The notes beneath the pieces are model-generated. The model had not been told where the DNA came from and searched no databases. It saw nothing but the letters and a program-made list of their open reading frames with translations. Position numbers and translations under genes: made by a program. A stretch of DNA of 64,000 nt, taken from Candidatus Omnitrophota bacterium (GTDB lineage Bacteria > Omnitrophota > Gorgyraeia > Zapsychrales > Zapsychraceae). The stretch spans positions 64,284 to 128,283 of the forward strand of contig JAJDCB010000006.1 of the NCBI GenBank assembly GCA_029261065.1, read 5' to 3'. Below are positions 42,482 through 51,542 of this stretch, piece after piece (position 1 is the first letter of the stretch; every line of letters begins with the position of its first letter).

Positions 42482-43172
42482 GCCCAAAAAACAAATAATC
42501 CGTATGTTCTTCATTGTTAAGAAATTTATGTATAAATGTTATCGGCTCAACACGCACCTCACGAAACACACCCCGCAAAGCATCTGCAAAAGGAGAATCT
42601 TGGGCATAAGACCAAACAGCAAGCACGCCATTCTCGTTTAAATGTTTACATGCCGCCTCAAGCCCTTCTCTAGTATAAAATTGTCCAATCTTCGTATCTA
42701 ATCGCTCATCAGGAGAATGATCGACATCAATGAGAATCACATCAAATTTCTTTTCTGGTTCACCAGCCAACTGCTCATAAATATCTCCTTGGACAATTTT
42801 CAGACGATCATCGCCCAAAAGCTCTTTAGATAACGGCACCAATCCTTCATTCATCCACGAAATAACCTGCGGTAGAAATTCAACAACCTCAAGAGATTCA
42901 ACTTGTTTGCTACCTAATGCTTCATACGCCGTATATCCTAACCCCAAACCTCCCACTAAAACAGTTAAATCATTCCCCCCATGCATCTTTAGGGCAATCT
43001 TTGATAATGCACGCTCAGAATCCGTATGATAACTACTCATTAAAAATTCATGATTAAGTGTAATTTCTGTCACTATTATTGTTGGATCTTGTAATGACCG
43101 ACGACGTCTTAAACACAACATCCCCAAAGAGGTTTGCTCATAGGCGAGTATTTCTAAATTTGATTCTGCCAT
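42477..43172 (-). CDS. Spermidine/spermine synthase-family protein (short form lacking the N-terminal domain)
   Basis: Methyltransferase-like glycine-rich LVGGLGLGYTAYEA and the acidic D..D region FDVILIDVDHSPD typical of polyamine aminopropyltransferases. Confidence 0.5.
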   Translation of the reverse strand: MAESNLEILAYEQTSLGMLCLRRRRSLQDPTIIVTEITLNHEFLMSSYHTDSERALSKIALKMHGGNDLTVLVGGLGLGYTAYEALGSKQVESLEVVEFLPQVISWMNEGLVPLSKELLGDDRLKIVQGDIYEQLAGEPEKKFDVILIDVDHSPDERLDTKIGQFYTREGLEAACKHLNENGVLAVWSYAQDSPFADALRGVFREVRVEPITFIHKFLNNEEHTDYLFFGR

Positions 43173-43344
43173 TTTCCTTCTTTACTCAAAGTCATTAGCC
43201 CCTCTTGGAATTTCGTTAAAGCATCGAAATTCCTAAACAAAATTAATATGACCTATCATACTCTTTATTTGAGATATTGCAAAATTGGAAGACAAGAACA
43301 GGCGAGATCTCAGCATCCACAAGCTACACGGAAACCACTGCGAC

Positions 43345-43440
43345 CTTCAGGTTATAAGAACGTTCAAAGTCTTTGCTGGTGTTTGCTGGTATTTACTTGT
43401 TCTCACGCCTGTTTTGTTACACATACTTTATCGCATTTTC
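43345..43440. repeat. Upstream element R3: CCTTCAGGTTATAAGAACGTT block, three heptamers (TTTGCTG, TTTGCTG, TTTACTT) at 10-bp spacing, TTGTTACACATACTTTATCGC
   Basis: Same family as R1 and R2; its 3' end overlaps the stop codon of the znuB-like gene. Confidence 0.6.
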
Positions 43441-44243
43441 CAACTAATAACAGATATTAGCAGTAACATCACCCCAAACACACAAACCACACTTGCTCCC
43501 GTTGGTAAATCGAAAGAATAGGAAACAATCATTCCTATAATACTTCCGACAGTACCAATACTCCAACCAAGAATCAATCTTACACGAAGATTATCTGCTA
43601 AAATCATCGCACATACAGCTGGGATGACTAAAAAGGAAAAAACAAGCAAGACTCCTGCAATTTTAACAGAACTTGTCACAACAAAAGCAAAAGTAACATA
43701 AAAAAGAAAATCCCAGCCTCTCACGTTCAAACCTTGCTCAAAAGCTTTCTCTGGATTTTGAGAAATTAGATAGAATTGTTTTCTAAAAACAAAATGAATC
43801 ACACCCATTAGAGAGTAGATAATTAATATTCTCCCTACTTCTTTTGGACTTACCAACAAAATGTTTCCAAGAAGCGATTGACGAATATGCTCTGTTCCCT
43901 CGCCCGAATAACTCAACACAATAAGCATCAGAGCCGAAGAAACAACATACACAATTCCAATAATAGCCTCATGAGGAATCTTTTGTTTTTTGAATCGTGT
44001 TAAAGCAAATAATCCAGCACCAATGACTGTAAAGGTTAAAGAAATCATATAACCTTGTATGCTTTCCATTTCAAAACCGAACAATATTGCACAACTAGCC
44101 CCTAACACAGCGATCTGGGCAAGTGCTAAGTCAACGAAAATAACCTGACGCTCGATAACATGAAATCCCAAATAGGCATGAATACCAGTTAACACTAAAC
44201 ATGCCATGAAAGGAATTATCATTATTTGCAAGAACTCAATCAT
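43428..44243 (-). CDS. znuB: Metal (Zn/Mn) ABC transporter permease, ZnuB/TroC family
   Basis: ~270 aa, 8-9 TM helices, the conserved family profile. Confidence 0.75.
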   Translation of the reverse strand: MIEFLQIMIIPFMACLVLTGIHAYLGFHVIERQVIFVDLALAQIAVLGASCAILFGFEMESIQGYMISLTFTVIGAGLFALTRFKKQKIPHEAIIGIVYVVSSALMLIVLSYSGEGTEHIRQSLLGNILLVSPKEVGRILIIYSLMGVIHFVFRKQFYLISQNPEKAFEQGLNVRGWDFLFYVTFAFVVTSSVKIAGVLLVFSFLVIPAVCAMILADNLRVRLILGWSIGTVGSIIGMIVSYSFDLPTGASVVCVFGVMLLLISVISWKMR

Positions 44244-45156
44244 GATTAAACCCTTCCTTTAGATTTTTAACAATAAAATCCATCAAACTAAAATAATCAC
44301 TTACTTCTTTGGTTCCGCCAACAGAAATAGGCGTAACAACAACATTAACCTTTACTCTTTCGGCTACATACTGAGCTGCATCGTCTTTGTACACATTCTC
44401 CACAAGAATGACTTTTACTTTCTCTCGATTAACAACATCGATAATACTTTTTAGATGTGTTGGAGAAGGTGGCACCCCTGGTTTGGGTTCTAACTCTCCA
44501 ACAATTTCAAACCCAAATCGATTTGCAAAGTATACCAAGCTTTTATGATACGTAATAACTTTTTCACCAACATAGGGAGATAATATTTCTTCCCATTCAA
44601 TCAACTTTTCATCAATTAAAGTACTGAACCTTGACAAATTTCTATCAAATATTAATTTGTCTTCTGGTGAAATTCTACTTAATCGATTAGCAATACTTGT
44701 TGCGACAAACTTCATATTCAACGGGTCTAACCAATAATGCGGATTACCACTAGCATGAATATCTCCCATAGAACGGTCGACTTGTCTAAGGACATTTAAC
44801 GGTTTGATTCCTATTGAAGCATCCAAGTGTCCATCACGACCAATCTGAATATTAGGATTACGAGAACCCTCCAATATCAATGGTTCATAGCCAACTTCTA
44901 GTTCTAATCCTATACGAATAAACAAGTCCGCTCTTTTAGCTTTAATCATGTAGGATGGTTTAGCTTGTAGAAAATGATAATTCTGATTACCTTTTCCTAA
45001 ACTATAGACCTTAACCTTATCTCCACCAATATACTCGACAACAGATTTCAAATCCGTTGTTGTTGTTACAACATTGATAACTTCTGCCTGGGTAGGCGTT
45101 GCTGAAAACAGCAACGCGTACCCAAGCAATATAAGAGTACTTATTATTTTGCTCAT
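44236..45156 (-). CDS. znuA: Metal ABC transporter substrate-binding protein, ZnuA/TroA cluster-9 family
   Basis: Signal peptide, conserved HYWLDP motif, length ~300 aa. Confidence 0.8.
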   Translation of the reverse strand: MSKIISTLILLGYALLFSATPTQAEVINVVTTTTDLKSVVEYIGGDKVKVYSLGKGNQNYHFLQAKPSYMIKAKRADLFIRIGLELEVGYEPLILEGSRNPNIQIGRDGHLDASIGIKPLNVLRQVDRSMGDIHASGNPHYWLDPLNMKFVATSIANRLSRISPEDKLIFDRNLSRFSTLIDEKLIEWEEILSPYVGEKVITYHKSLVYFANRFGFEIVGELEPKPGVPPSPTHLKSIIDVVNREKVKVILVENVYKDDAAQYVAERVKVNVVVTPISVGGTKEVSDYFSLMDFIVKNLKEGFNHD

Positions 45157-45165
45157 AACTCCCCC

Positions 45166-46389
45166 TTACCGATACGCATGTGGTTTATGTGGCCCGATAG
45201 AAAAGTCGAGCTGTAACCACACTGTATTATCATCTGAGGTTTCGTTATCAGTATGCGTAAACATTGCCCTCCAAAACACATACTCACTTTGTGCAAATGT
45301 AAGACCCGTAGAATAAGCATGCGTGTCTACTTCTGAGCTGCTCGGTGTTTGACTAAAATCATAACGGCCAAAAGCCCACCAACGATCAGTAAGTTGTTGT
45401 TCAAGAGATGTAAACATACCCCAAGAATTAATGTCATCGCCTGCTGCTTGTTCACGAACATTAAACAACGCTTCTGTATGTGATGTCGTACGTTTATTAA
45501 CAAACAACTCTGTGCTATTAATGGTTAAATCAACACCCGTGATTCGTGATTCTGCACCATTGCCATCACCATTTTCTCCAAAGGAAAAAGTGTTTCCAAT
45601 TTCAAATGAAGTTTCATCTGTGATGTCGAAGAAATTCTTAAGATGAGCTAAATAAACGGTCTCCCCATCTTCTCCTCCACCAAAGACTGTTGAACCATTA
45701 TTAAACGCTTCGAGTGTAATCTCAGAATAGATATCGGCAGGGTTAAGAATCAAATAACTTAAACTTGCTCCGGCCTCACTGTTTCCTTCTTCTCCAAGAA
45801 AATTCTGAACAACAAGCGGATAATCACTCCAAGGTAATTGATGTAAATGCATCTTATTTGTTTTTCCCATGTATGGCCTAAACTTTCCAAACTTACCTTG
45901 TAAATTCTCAATGGGTGTTTCAAGCAAAGTCAGATAACCTTCTTCTAAAGCAACCTCTGTACTGCCATCTTCATTTTCAATGGCAACAATCACATCACCA
46001 CGCGCATAGGTGTCAACATTAGCAGAAAATGCCACCTCTACTTCACGCATGTTAAATTGATTATCACCCTCCCCACCGTTTTTATCAGACTTATAAATAA
46101 AGTCGCCGATAACACTAACTTGCGGGTTAAGAGTAGATAAGGCGCTTACCGGTTGATTTATGTCAGCTTTCTCCAACCCTTCAACACGCATTTGCAACCG
46201 TTCTATTTCTTGCTTATCTTTAGACGATTGAATTTGTTTTTCTTGTTCAAGCTGTTCAATTCGTCCTTGCATCTCACCCATCTGAACTTGCATGGTTTGA
46301 AACATACTTTTTAATTCAGATAACTCATCTGCATGTGCACAAGAGCACATAGCAAAAAGCACAAAAGCACTTAATATAAACTTTTTCAT
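45166..46389 (-). CDS. Outer membrane porin-like protein with an N-terminal coiled-coil (paralogue of 35791..37137)
   Basis: Signal peptide, ~50-aa coiled-coil (ELSELKSMFQTMQVQMGEMQGRIEQLEQEKQ), beta-rich remainder; stop 10 bp before the znuA-like start. Confidence 0.5.
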   Translation of the reverse strand: MKKFILSAFVLFAMCSCAHADELSELKSMFQTMQVQMGEMQGRIEQLEQEKQIQSSKDKQEIERLQMRVEGLEKADINQPVSALSTLNPQVSVIGDFIYKSDKNGGEGDNQFNMREVEVAFSANVDTYARGDVIVAIENEDGSTEVALEEGYLTLLETPIENLQGKFGKFRPYMGKTNKMHLHQLPWSDYPLVVQNFLGEEGNSEAGASLSYLILNPADIYSEITLEAFNNGSTVFGGGEDGETVYLAHLKNFFDITDETSFEIGNTFSFGENGDGNGAESRITGVDLTINSTELFVNKRTTSHTEALFNVREQAAGDDINSWGMFTSLEQQLTDRWWAFGRYDFSQTPSSSEVDTHAYSTGLTFAQSEYVFWRAMFTHTDNETSDDNTVWLQLDFSIGPHKPHAYR

Positions 46390-46517
46390 AAAAACCCCTC
46401 CAATTGGAAGACTGCAATAAACAGTCTCTTAGATAGACCTATCCGTAAGATAGACTAATAACTTAGTTTGAATTTGTAACTTCTGAATGGAATTTCTTTA
46501 ACGATAGAAATTTCGAA

Positions 46518-46814
46518 TTAAACTAAACTTGGAGGGCCCCGAGGGGATGGAAGGTAAAAATCAACCCTTGATTTGATTGATTGAAAAACATTTGTTACAT
46601 GACGCTGAACCTTAATTTTTAATGCTGCAATTGCAACAACAATAGAAATTAAAGCTTGCACTAAAAATTGATAAAGTGGACATTCCTGCTCTGTCCCATG
46701 TTCATGATCGTGAACTTGGCTGTGAAAATACTCACCCCCAATAGACAAAAAAGCAAAGCCCAAAAGCGCAAAGCAAAGAAATATAATTGGAATTTTTTTA
46801 TTTATTTTAATCAT
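46518..46814 (-). CDS. Small His-rich membrane protein (family member C)
   Basis: 98 aa; TM, HSQVHDHEHGTEQEC, second TM, C-terminal DFYLPSPRGPPSL resembling the C-terminal motif of 12449..12712 and 48830..49111. Confidence 0.45.
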   Translation of the reverse strand: MIKINKKIPIIFLCFALLGFAFLSIGGEYFHSQVHDHEHGTEQECPLYQFLVQALISIVVAIAALKIKVQRHVTNVFQSIKSRVDFYLPSPRGPPSLV

Positions 46815-46965
46815 TTTTTACTCAATATTGAAGTATGAGGCTATCAAAATTAATCAAATCTGTCAATCAACCTATTTCATAAGCAAAAAAAATTTTAAAT
46901 CTCTTCTTTCAACCTACATTTCATAAAACAGCAATCGTAATCGGGGAACACCTAACGACCTAACA

Positions 46966-47373
46966 CTATTGATTCATATTCTCAATCCAAATACGTATAG
47001 GCAGCAATGCATAAGCTGCAAAGACAGATATAGCCAAAAGAATTGTGGAGACAATAAGAATTCTTTTTTGCCATTTGAGAATTCTCTGATCTTTGATATT
47101 GCAAGCCGCCCCCTCTTGCGCCATCTTGTTCCCTAACTGTGATAAAGCATACCAGCAATAACCAAGCATCAATGCCGTTATACCGAAGGTATAAACCTTG
47201 TATTTCGCGATCGTTCCTAACCAAGGAACATTAGAAAATAACGAAGCCACAGCGCCTCCTAATCCTATTGAAACAAGGGCTATAGGTAACGCACAACAGG
47301 TCGTTGAGAGAATCGCTAAACCTGTTCCGGTAAAGAGCGTTGTATTTGTCTTGATATTATTTTTTTTATCCAT
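46966..47373 (-). CDS. MerT-like metal transport membrane protein
   Basis: 135 aa, 3-4 TM helices, vicinal cysteines in TM1 (STTCCALP) as in mercuric transporter MerT. Confidence 0.6.
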   Translation of the reverse strand: MDKKNNIKTNTTLFTGTGLAILSTTCCALPIALVSIGLGGAVASLFSNVPWLGTIAKYKVYTFGITALMLGYCWYALSQLGNKMAQEGAACNIKDQRILKWQKRILIVSTILLAISVFAAYALLPIRIWIENMNQ

Positions 47374-48243
47374 TTAAAAACTCCATCCCATTCCGACATC
47401 TAATTGATGGCCGAATGAAACTGATTCATCTAATGCATTTTCATAAATAGGAATGGTATAAACAATTTTGGCAATCATAGAGCCTTGGAAATAAACGAAG
47501 CCCGGCCCCAACATCACCCGAGTCCCAGCATTATTCCCAGAAATCTTTGAACCACCTTCCTTATACCTAAGCCCATAATCAAGTTGAATAGATGCCCCAG
47601 CACTCTTTTTTCCATTATGATAAATTGCTTTTCCTAAAGTCATATCGAGACCAAATAAATTCCCCTCATGTTGATCTCTCGTTCCCTCATTATTGATCCA
47701 ATAGAAAAAATCAACCCCAGCTAAATAATAAGGACTTTCAGCGCCATAACTCAAGGACACCCCCACATCTGTACTCCCATCCCCAATCGGATAATCACCA
47801 CTTGTTTTACCTGACGGAATACGAAGGCTTGGTGTAAAGCTAAAGTTATTCGTCCAATTTCTGTGGTTGATATATTTTCTTAAAGGCGTTCCGATAATAA
47901 TGTCACCCAAACCGCGGTCATGCTGCCTGACAGCTTTTCCACCAATTTCAGTCACACGCATTTTATCGACGTATGGAATCTTAATAGTGATCCGTTTGGA
48001 TCGATCCCACGTATAAACACCTTCCAACCATGTTGTATCAACTCGCCGTTCCTTGCCTAAAGGATTTGCGATTTCGTCATCGCCAGACAACAATGTATCG
48101 GAGGCACGGTATTCATGGCGAATCTGAAATCCTTTTCCCCCAGCCCAGCGAGGCGCTTCGTTCATCACAGGTTGATCGGCGCGAGCTGGAGTTATCAAAG
48201 CCAGACACACTCCTATACTGAGTAATATTTTAAACCATTTCAT
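47374..48243 (-). CDS. Putative outer membrane beta-barrel protein
   Basis: Signal peptide, alternating amphipathic beta-strand pattern, C-terminal aromatic residue (GMGWSF). Confidence 0.4.
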   Translation of the reverse strand: MKWFKILLSIGVCLALITPARADQPVMNEAPRWAGGKGFQIRHEYRASDTLLSGDDEIANPLGKERRVDTTWLEGVYTWDRSKRITIKIPYVDKMRVTEIGGKAVRQHDRGLGDIIIGTPLRKYINHRNWTNNFSFTPSLRIPSGKTSGDYPIGDGSTDVGVSLSYGAESPYYLAGVDFFYWINNEGTRDQHEGNLFGLDMTLGKAIYHNGKKSAGASIQLDYGLRYKEGGSKISGNNAGTRVMLGPGFVYFQGSMIAKIVYTIPIYENALDESVSFGHQLDVGMGWSF

Positions 48244-48246
48244 ACA

Positions 48247-48777
48247 CTACTCGCCTTCTATGATTGTATTAACTTCAGCCAATGGAATTGTATTTTTTTT
48301 GAGAGCCTTTATAGACTGTTCATTAACGAAAAGCTGCAACTCATAAGTTTGATTCTGCACCAACTGTTGCGCTTTATCACCTGTTAATTCGTACAACTTT
48401 TCTTGATCGTCATTAACAATGAACTTACGGTCGCCTTCATCAACAGATTGTCCCTTAACACGCATATGAAAAACTCTTGGTTCATATCCGCTCTTGCGAA
48501 TTGTTTTGGACATTTCTTGCAGATTTACGTCCTCGCCTTCTTTTAAATGAATGGTGATGATTTGATTTTCGATGTCTGATTCAACCCCCTTATGCCCTTG
48601 AGATTGATCAATGCAGCCCATCTTTGACAATCCCTTTTGCATGCCAAAGGAACAATACGCACAAACAGCTCCGTTAATTTCCAGCTTTGCCTGATTCGGC
48701 GCCACTTGCACTGCGGAGGCCCATACTTGGGTACAACTCAGAAGTAATATAGTAAATATAGAAAATATATGTTTCAT
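48247..48777 (-). CDS. Periplasmic heavy-metal-associated (HMA/MerP-like) domain protein with an extra C-terminal domain
   Basis: Signal peptide; GAVCAYCSFG fits the HMA GxxCxxC metal-binding loop with the expected downstream beta-alpha-beta pattern. Confidence 0.5.
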   Translation of the reverse strand: MKHIFSIFTILLLSCTQVWASAVQVAPNQAKLEINGAVCAYCSFGMQKGLSKMGCIDQSQGHKGVESDIENQIITIHLKEGEDVNLQEMSKTIRKSGYEPRVFHMRVKGQSVDEGDRKFIVNDDQEKLYELTGDKAQQLVQNQTYELQLFVNEQSIKALKKNTIPLAEVNTIIEGE

Positions 48778-48829
48778 AGGAATTCTCCTTTGAGACTAAT
48801 AATTAGTTGAATAAAGATTGGAAATAAAA

Positions 48830-49111
48830 CTATGAAATAGAGATTGGGGGGCGATGCTCTGTAGGTAAGACCGGCTCATCGTAGAAAAAATCTTGAGCCG
48901 AGAAGAAATGTGTGGATACTTCCGGTAAATTAATAGATTGCCTACTACTCAAAACCGCCCCAGAACATGCAAAATGACATAATACAATTCCATGCTGATG
49001 CTCCGTCTCCTCATGATGATCTTCGCAAAACGCGTCGAGCTGCAGGGAGGATACGACGAGGGCAATTAGAATTATGCTTTTTAAGAACTTCATAACACGA
49101 TCAGGATACAT
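48830..49111 (-). CDS. Small secreted His/Cys-rich protein (family member B)
   Basis: 93 aa; roughly 60 percent identical to 12449..12712 over signal peptide, EHQHGIVLCHFACSG and C-terminal DFFYDEPVLPTEHRPPISIS. Confidence 0.55.
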   Translation of the reverse strand: MYPDRVMKFLKSIILIALVVSSLQLDAFCEDHHEETEHQHGIVLCHFACSGAVLSSRQSINLPEVSTHFFSAQDFFYDEPVLPTEHRPPISIS

Positions 49112-49311
49112 CAGAATATATTTTGAGTCAAGGGGTGGGAAGGATCAATGATATTTATAAAAACACCTAACTTCCTTTGCTAAAATTTATAAATGAAATG
49201 CGATTGAATCTGAAAACTTTAGGTTATGAGCCTATTATTCATTTGTTTTAAATGTTGGAGTTAAAAAGGTTAATGTGTAACAGGTAAGGTATTACGCCAA
49301 ATTTGTGTCAA

Positions 49312-50052
49312 TTATTTGAAAGACTTTCCATGCCGCTTTGGTTTCTTAAACATTAACATACACCAAGTATATCGTAGCAAGTTCATGAAAAAGTTTGAGC
49401 TGTAGTATTCTGACAACATATATTTGCTATATCTCTCAGCATGATTTCCCCACTCTTCTTTTTTATACCCCTTTCCAACTCTTTGGTAATGGTGACCTAC
49501 TTCATGATACACCACCTCCGCTAAATACATTGTATAAACAAAAGGACATAAAATCATAAACCATTTAGGATGAAATTCATAAATACTCTTTGCATAGACA
49601 TTCACAAAAGGAACCTTAGCACCCTCTCGCTTCCCATGGTATGTGCCCCATGCTTCTTTTGTAGCCTTTCTTCCAACAGGCGATGAACCAATAACTATCT
49701 TTGATAATCCTACGAAATGGTCACCTGGAACTATTTTTAAAATATTTCCGATTAAATATTCGTAATTAAAACGCCCTATTGATTTATCCTTTAATACTTC
49801 ATCTACAACATCTATGCGTATATTTGATTTTTCTGAAGTATCTTCCTTATTTGAAGTTAGAAACCCCCAGCAAAGGTTTAACAGATAACTTATTCCCAAT
49901 GCAAATAAAAGATTCTTGGTAAGAACGACGTAGTTGTCATTGAAAAATGATATTATAAAAATTATTATCCATGAGAACAAAATAATTTTGAAAATAATAG
50001 CACCTACAAAAAAAACATTTATTCTTATATCTTGTTTATCCAAAACAATCAT
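49312..50052 (-). CDS. Membrane-anchored putative zinc metallopeptidase (HExxH)
   Basis: Two N-terminal TM helices; C-terminal AEVVYHEVGHHY contains HEVGH; no family recognised. Confidence 0.4.
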   Translation of the reverse strand: MIVLDKQDIRINVFFVGAIIFKIILFSWIIIFIISFFNDNYVVLTKNLLFALGISYLLNLCWGFLTSNKEDTSEKSNIRIDVVDEVLKDKSIGRFNYEYLIGNILKIVPGDHFVGLSKIVIGSSPVGRKATKEAWGTYHGKREGAKVPFVNVYAKSIYEFHPKWFMILCPFVYTMYLAEVVYHEVGHHYQRVGKGYKKEEWGNHAERYSKYMLSEYYSSNFFMNLLRYTWCMLMFKKPKRHGKSFK

Positions 50053-50076
50053 TTCCTTTTGAGTAACATTATAACA

Positions 50077-50277
50077 TTAATTAATCATAAATTTTAAACA
50101 TGACAAAGCGTCGTAAGTATTTGAGATTAAAAGGGGTTCTATAGAGTAGGTAGAATTTGTATCACCCTCTACTCGATTTTGAAGATTAAGACGTTGGGCA
50201 GCACTCATTTTATGGTTAGAATTAAGATTCAAGTGTCCCTTGAATTTTATTCCCAATAATTTAGCAGCTTCTGACAC
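50077..50277 (-). CDS. Hypothetical small protein (66 aa), doubtful
   Basis: ORF only; lies in a 240-bp gap that also contains a plus-strand terminator-like hairpin (50227..50250). Confidence 0.2.
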   Translation of the reverse strand: MSEAAKLLGIKFKGHLNLNSNHKMSAAQRLNLQNRVEGDTNSTYSIEPLLISNTYDALSCLKFMIN

Positions 50278-50291
50278 ATTTTGCTTTCTAG

Positions 50292-51542
50292 TTATTCTTC
50301 CGCTGCGGATAGTCCTGCTAAATAACCTGTCGAGAAGGCTGCTTGAAGATTAAATCCACCTGTGTCCGCATCAATATCCATCATCTCTCCTGTAAAATAT
50401 AAATCACGAACCACCTTCGATTGCATTGTTCTTGGATCGACATCTTTAAGGGAAACGCCGCCTTGTGTCACCATTCCGCTATTCAAAGGTCTTGAACCTG
50501 TCACTTCAAGCGTTAAGGCCTTCAGAGATTCTTGAACGCGTCGGATTTCTTTAAGCTTCATCGTCTCAGATCGGCGAGATCCATCAATCGTAACAAGCTT
50601 AAAGAATGTCTCAATAAAAATACTTGGAAAGAAACTTGCTAGGGCGTCTTCCACCTTCCGTTTTGGATCCGCTTTAAGCTCCCGCACGACGCGCGCCTCA
50701 ACTTCCTCAGGCGTCATTCCAGGCTTTAGATCAATCTTAACAAGAACCTTTTCTCCCTTGGCTAACCAATCAACCACTTCTCCACTCATCTCTAAAGATA
50801 ACGCACCAGAAATCCCCTGAAGCATAAACATCACCTCACCAATCGGTGTTACTTTTTTCTTCTTCCCGTGCTTAAATGTCAGACGAACATTCTTTAAAAA
50901 GAAGCCTCTTAACTTTTGAGGAAACTTTTCTTTTGTAATCAACGGAACAAGCGAGGGTCTTAAGTCTACTTTTCGATGACTCAACTTCTCAGCCATTTCA
51001 ATCCCATCTCCCGAGGAACCTGTTCCTGCAAAAGAAGCACCACCCGTTGCTAAAATAATTTTATCGCACAACTCCTTTGTCCCATCTTCAAATAGAATCC
51101 CTGAAGCTTTATTGTCCGTAACAATAATATCTTTAATGCGCGCATTATAATGAATATGCACACCACGTTCCCTTAATACCTTACGTAATGCTTCCACCAC
51201 ATCGGGAGCTTCATGCTTTAAAGGAAACACTCTTTGTTGACGCCCCACCTGACACTCTATTCCCTGCTCTTTAAAAAAGGCAATGATATCTTCACTCGAG
51301 AACGCCTTAAGGGCATCTCTTAAAAAATGACCATTGCGCGCAAAACGTACAAAAAAATCTTCTTTTGCACAAGCATTTGTAATGTTACATTTACCTTTAC
51401 CTGTTAAGAGAACCTTCCTTCCTAAAACATCATTTCGTTCAAATAAAGATGTATGACATCCATGCTTAGATGCAGAAATAGCCGCCATCATACCCGCAGC
51501 ACCTCCCCCAATAACAAAAACTTTTTTTAAATTATCCGACAT
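50292..51542 (-). CDS. HI0933/BaiN-family NAD(P)/FAD-dependent oxidoreductase
   Basis: N-terminal FAD-binding VIGGGAAGMMAA...GKGKCNITN, family length ~410 aa. Confidence 0.8.
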   Translation of the reverse strand: MSDNLKKVFVIGGGAAGMMAAISASKHGCHTSLFERNDVLGRKVLLTGKGKCNITNACAKEDFFVRFARNGHFLRDALKAFSSEDIIAFFKEQGIECQVGRQQRVFPLKHEAPDVVEALRKVLRERGVHIHYNARIKDIIVTDNKASGILFEDGTKELCDKIILATGGASFAGTGSSGDGIEMAEKLSHRKVDLRPSLVPLITKEKFPQKLRGFFLKNVRLTFKHGKKKKVTPIGEVMFMLQGISGALSLEMSGEVVDWLAKGEKVLVKIDLKPGMTPEEVEARVVRELKADPKRKVEDALASFFPSIFIETFFKLVTIDGSRRSETMKLKEIRRVQESLKALTLEVTGSRPLNSGMVTQGGVSLKDVDPRTMQSKVVRDLYFTGEMMDIDADTGGFNLQAAFSTGYLAGLSAAEE

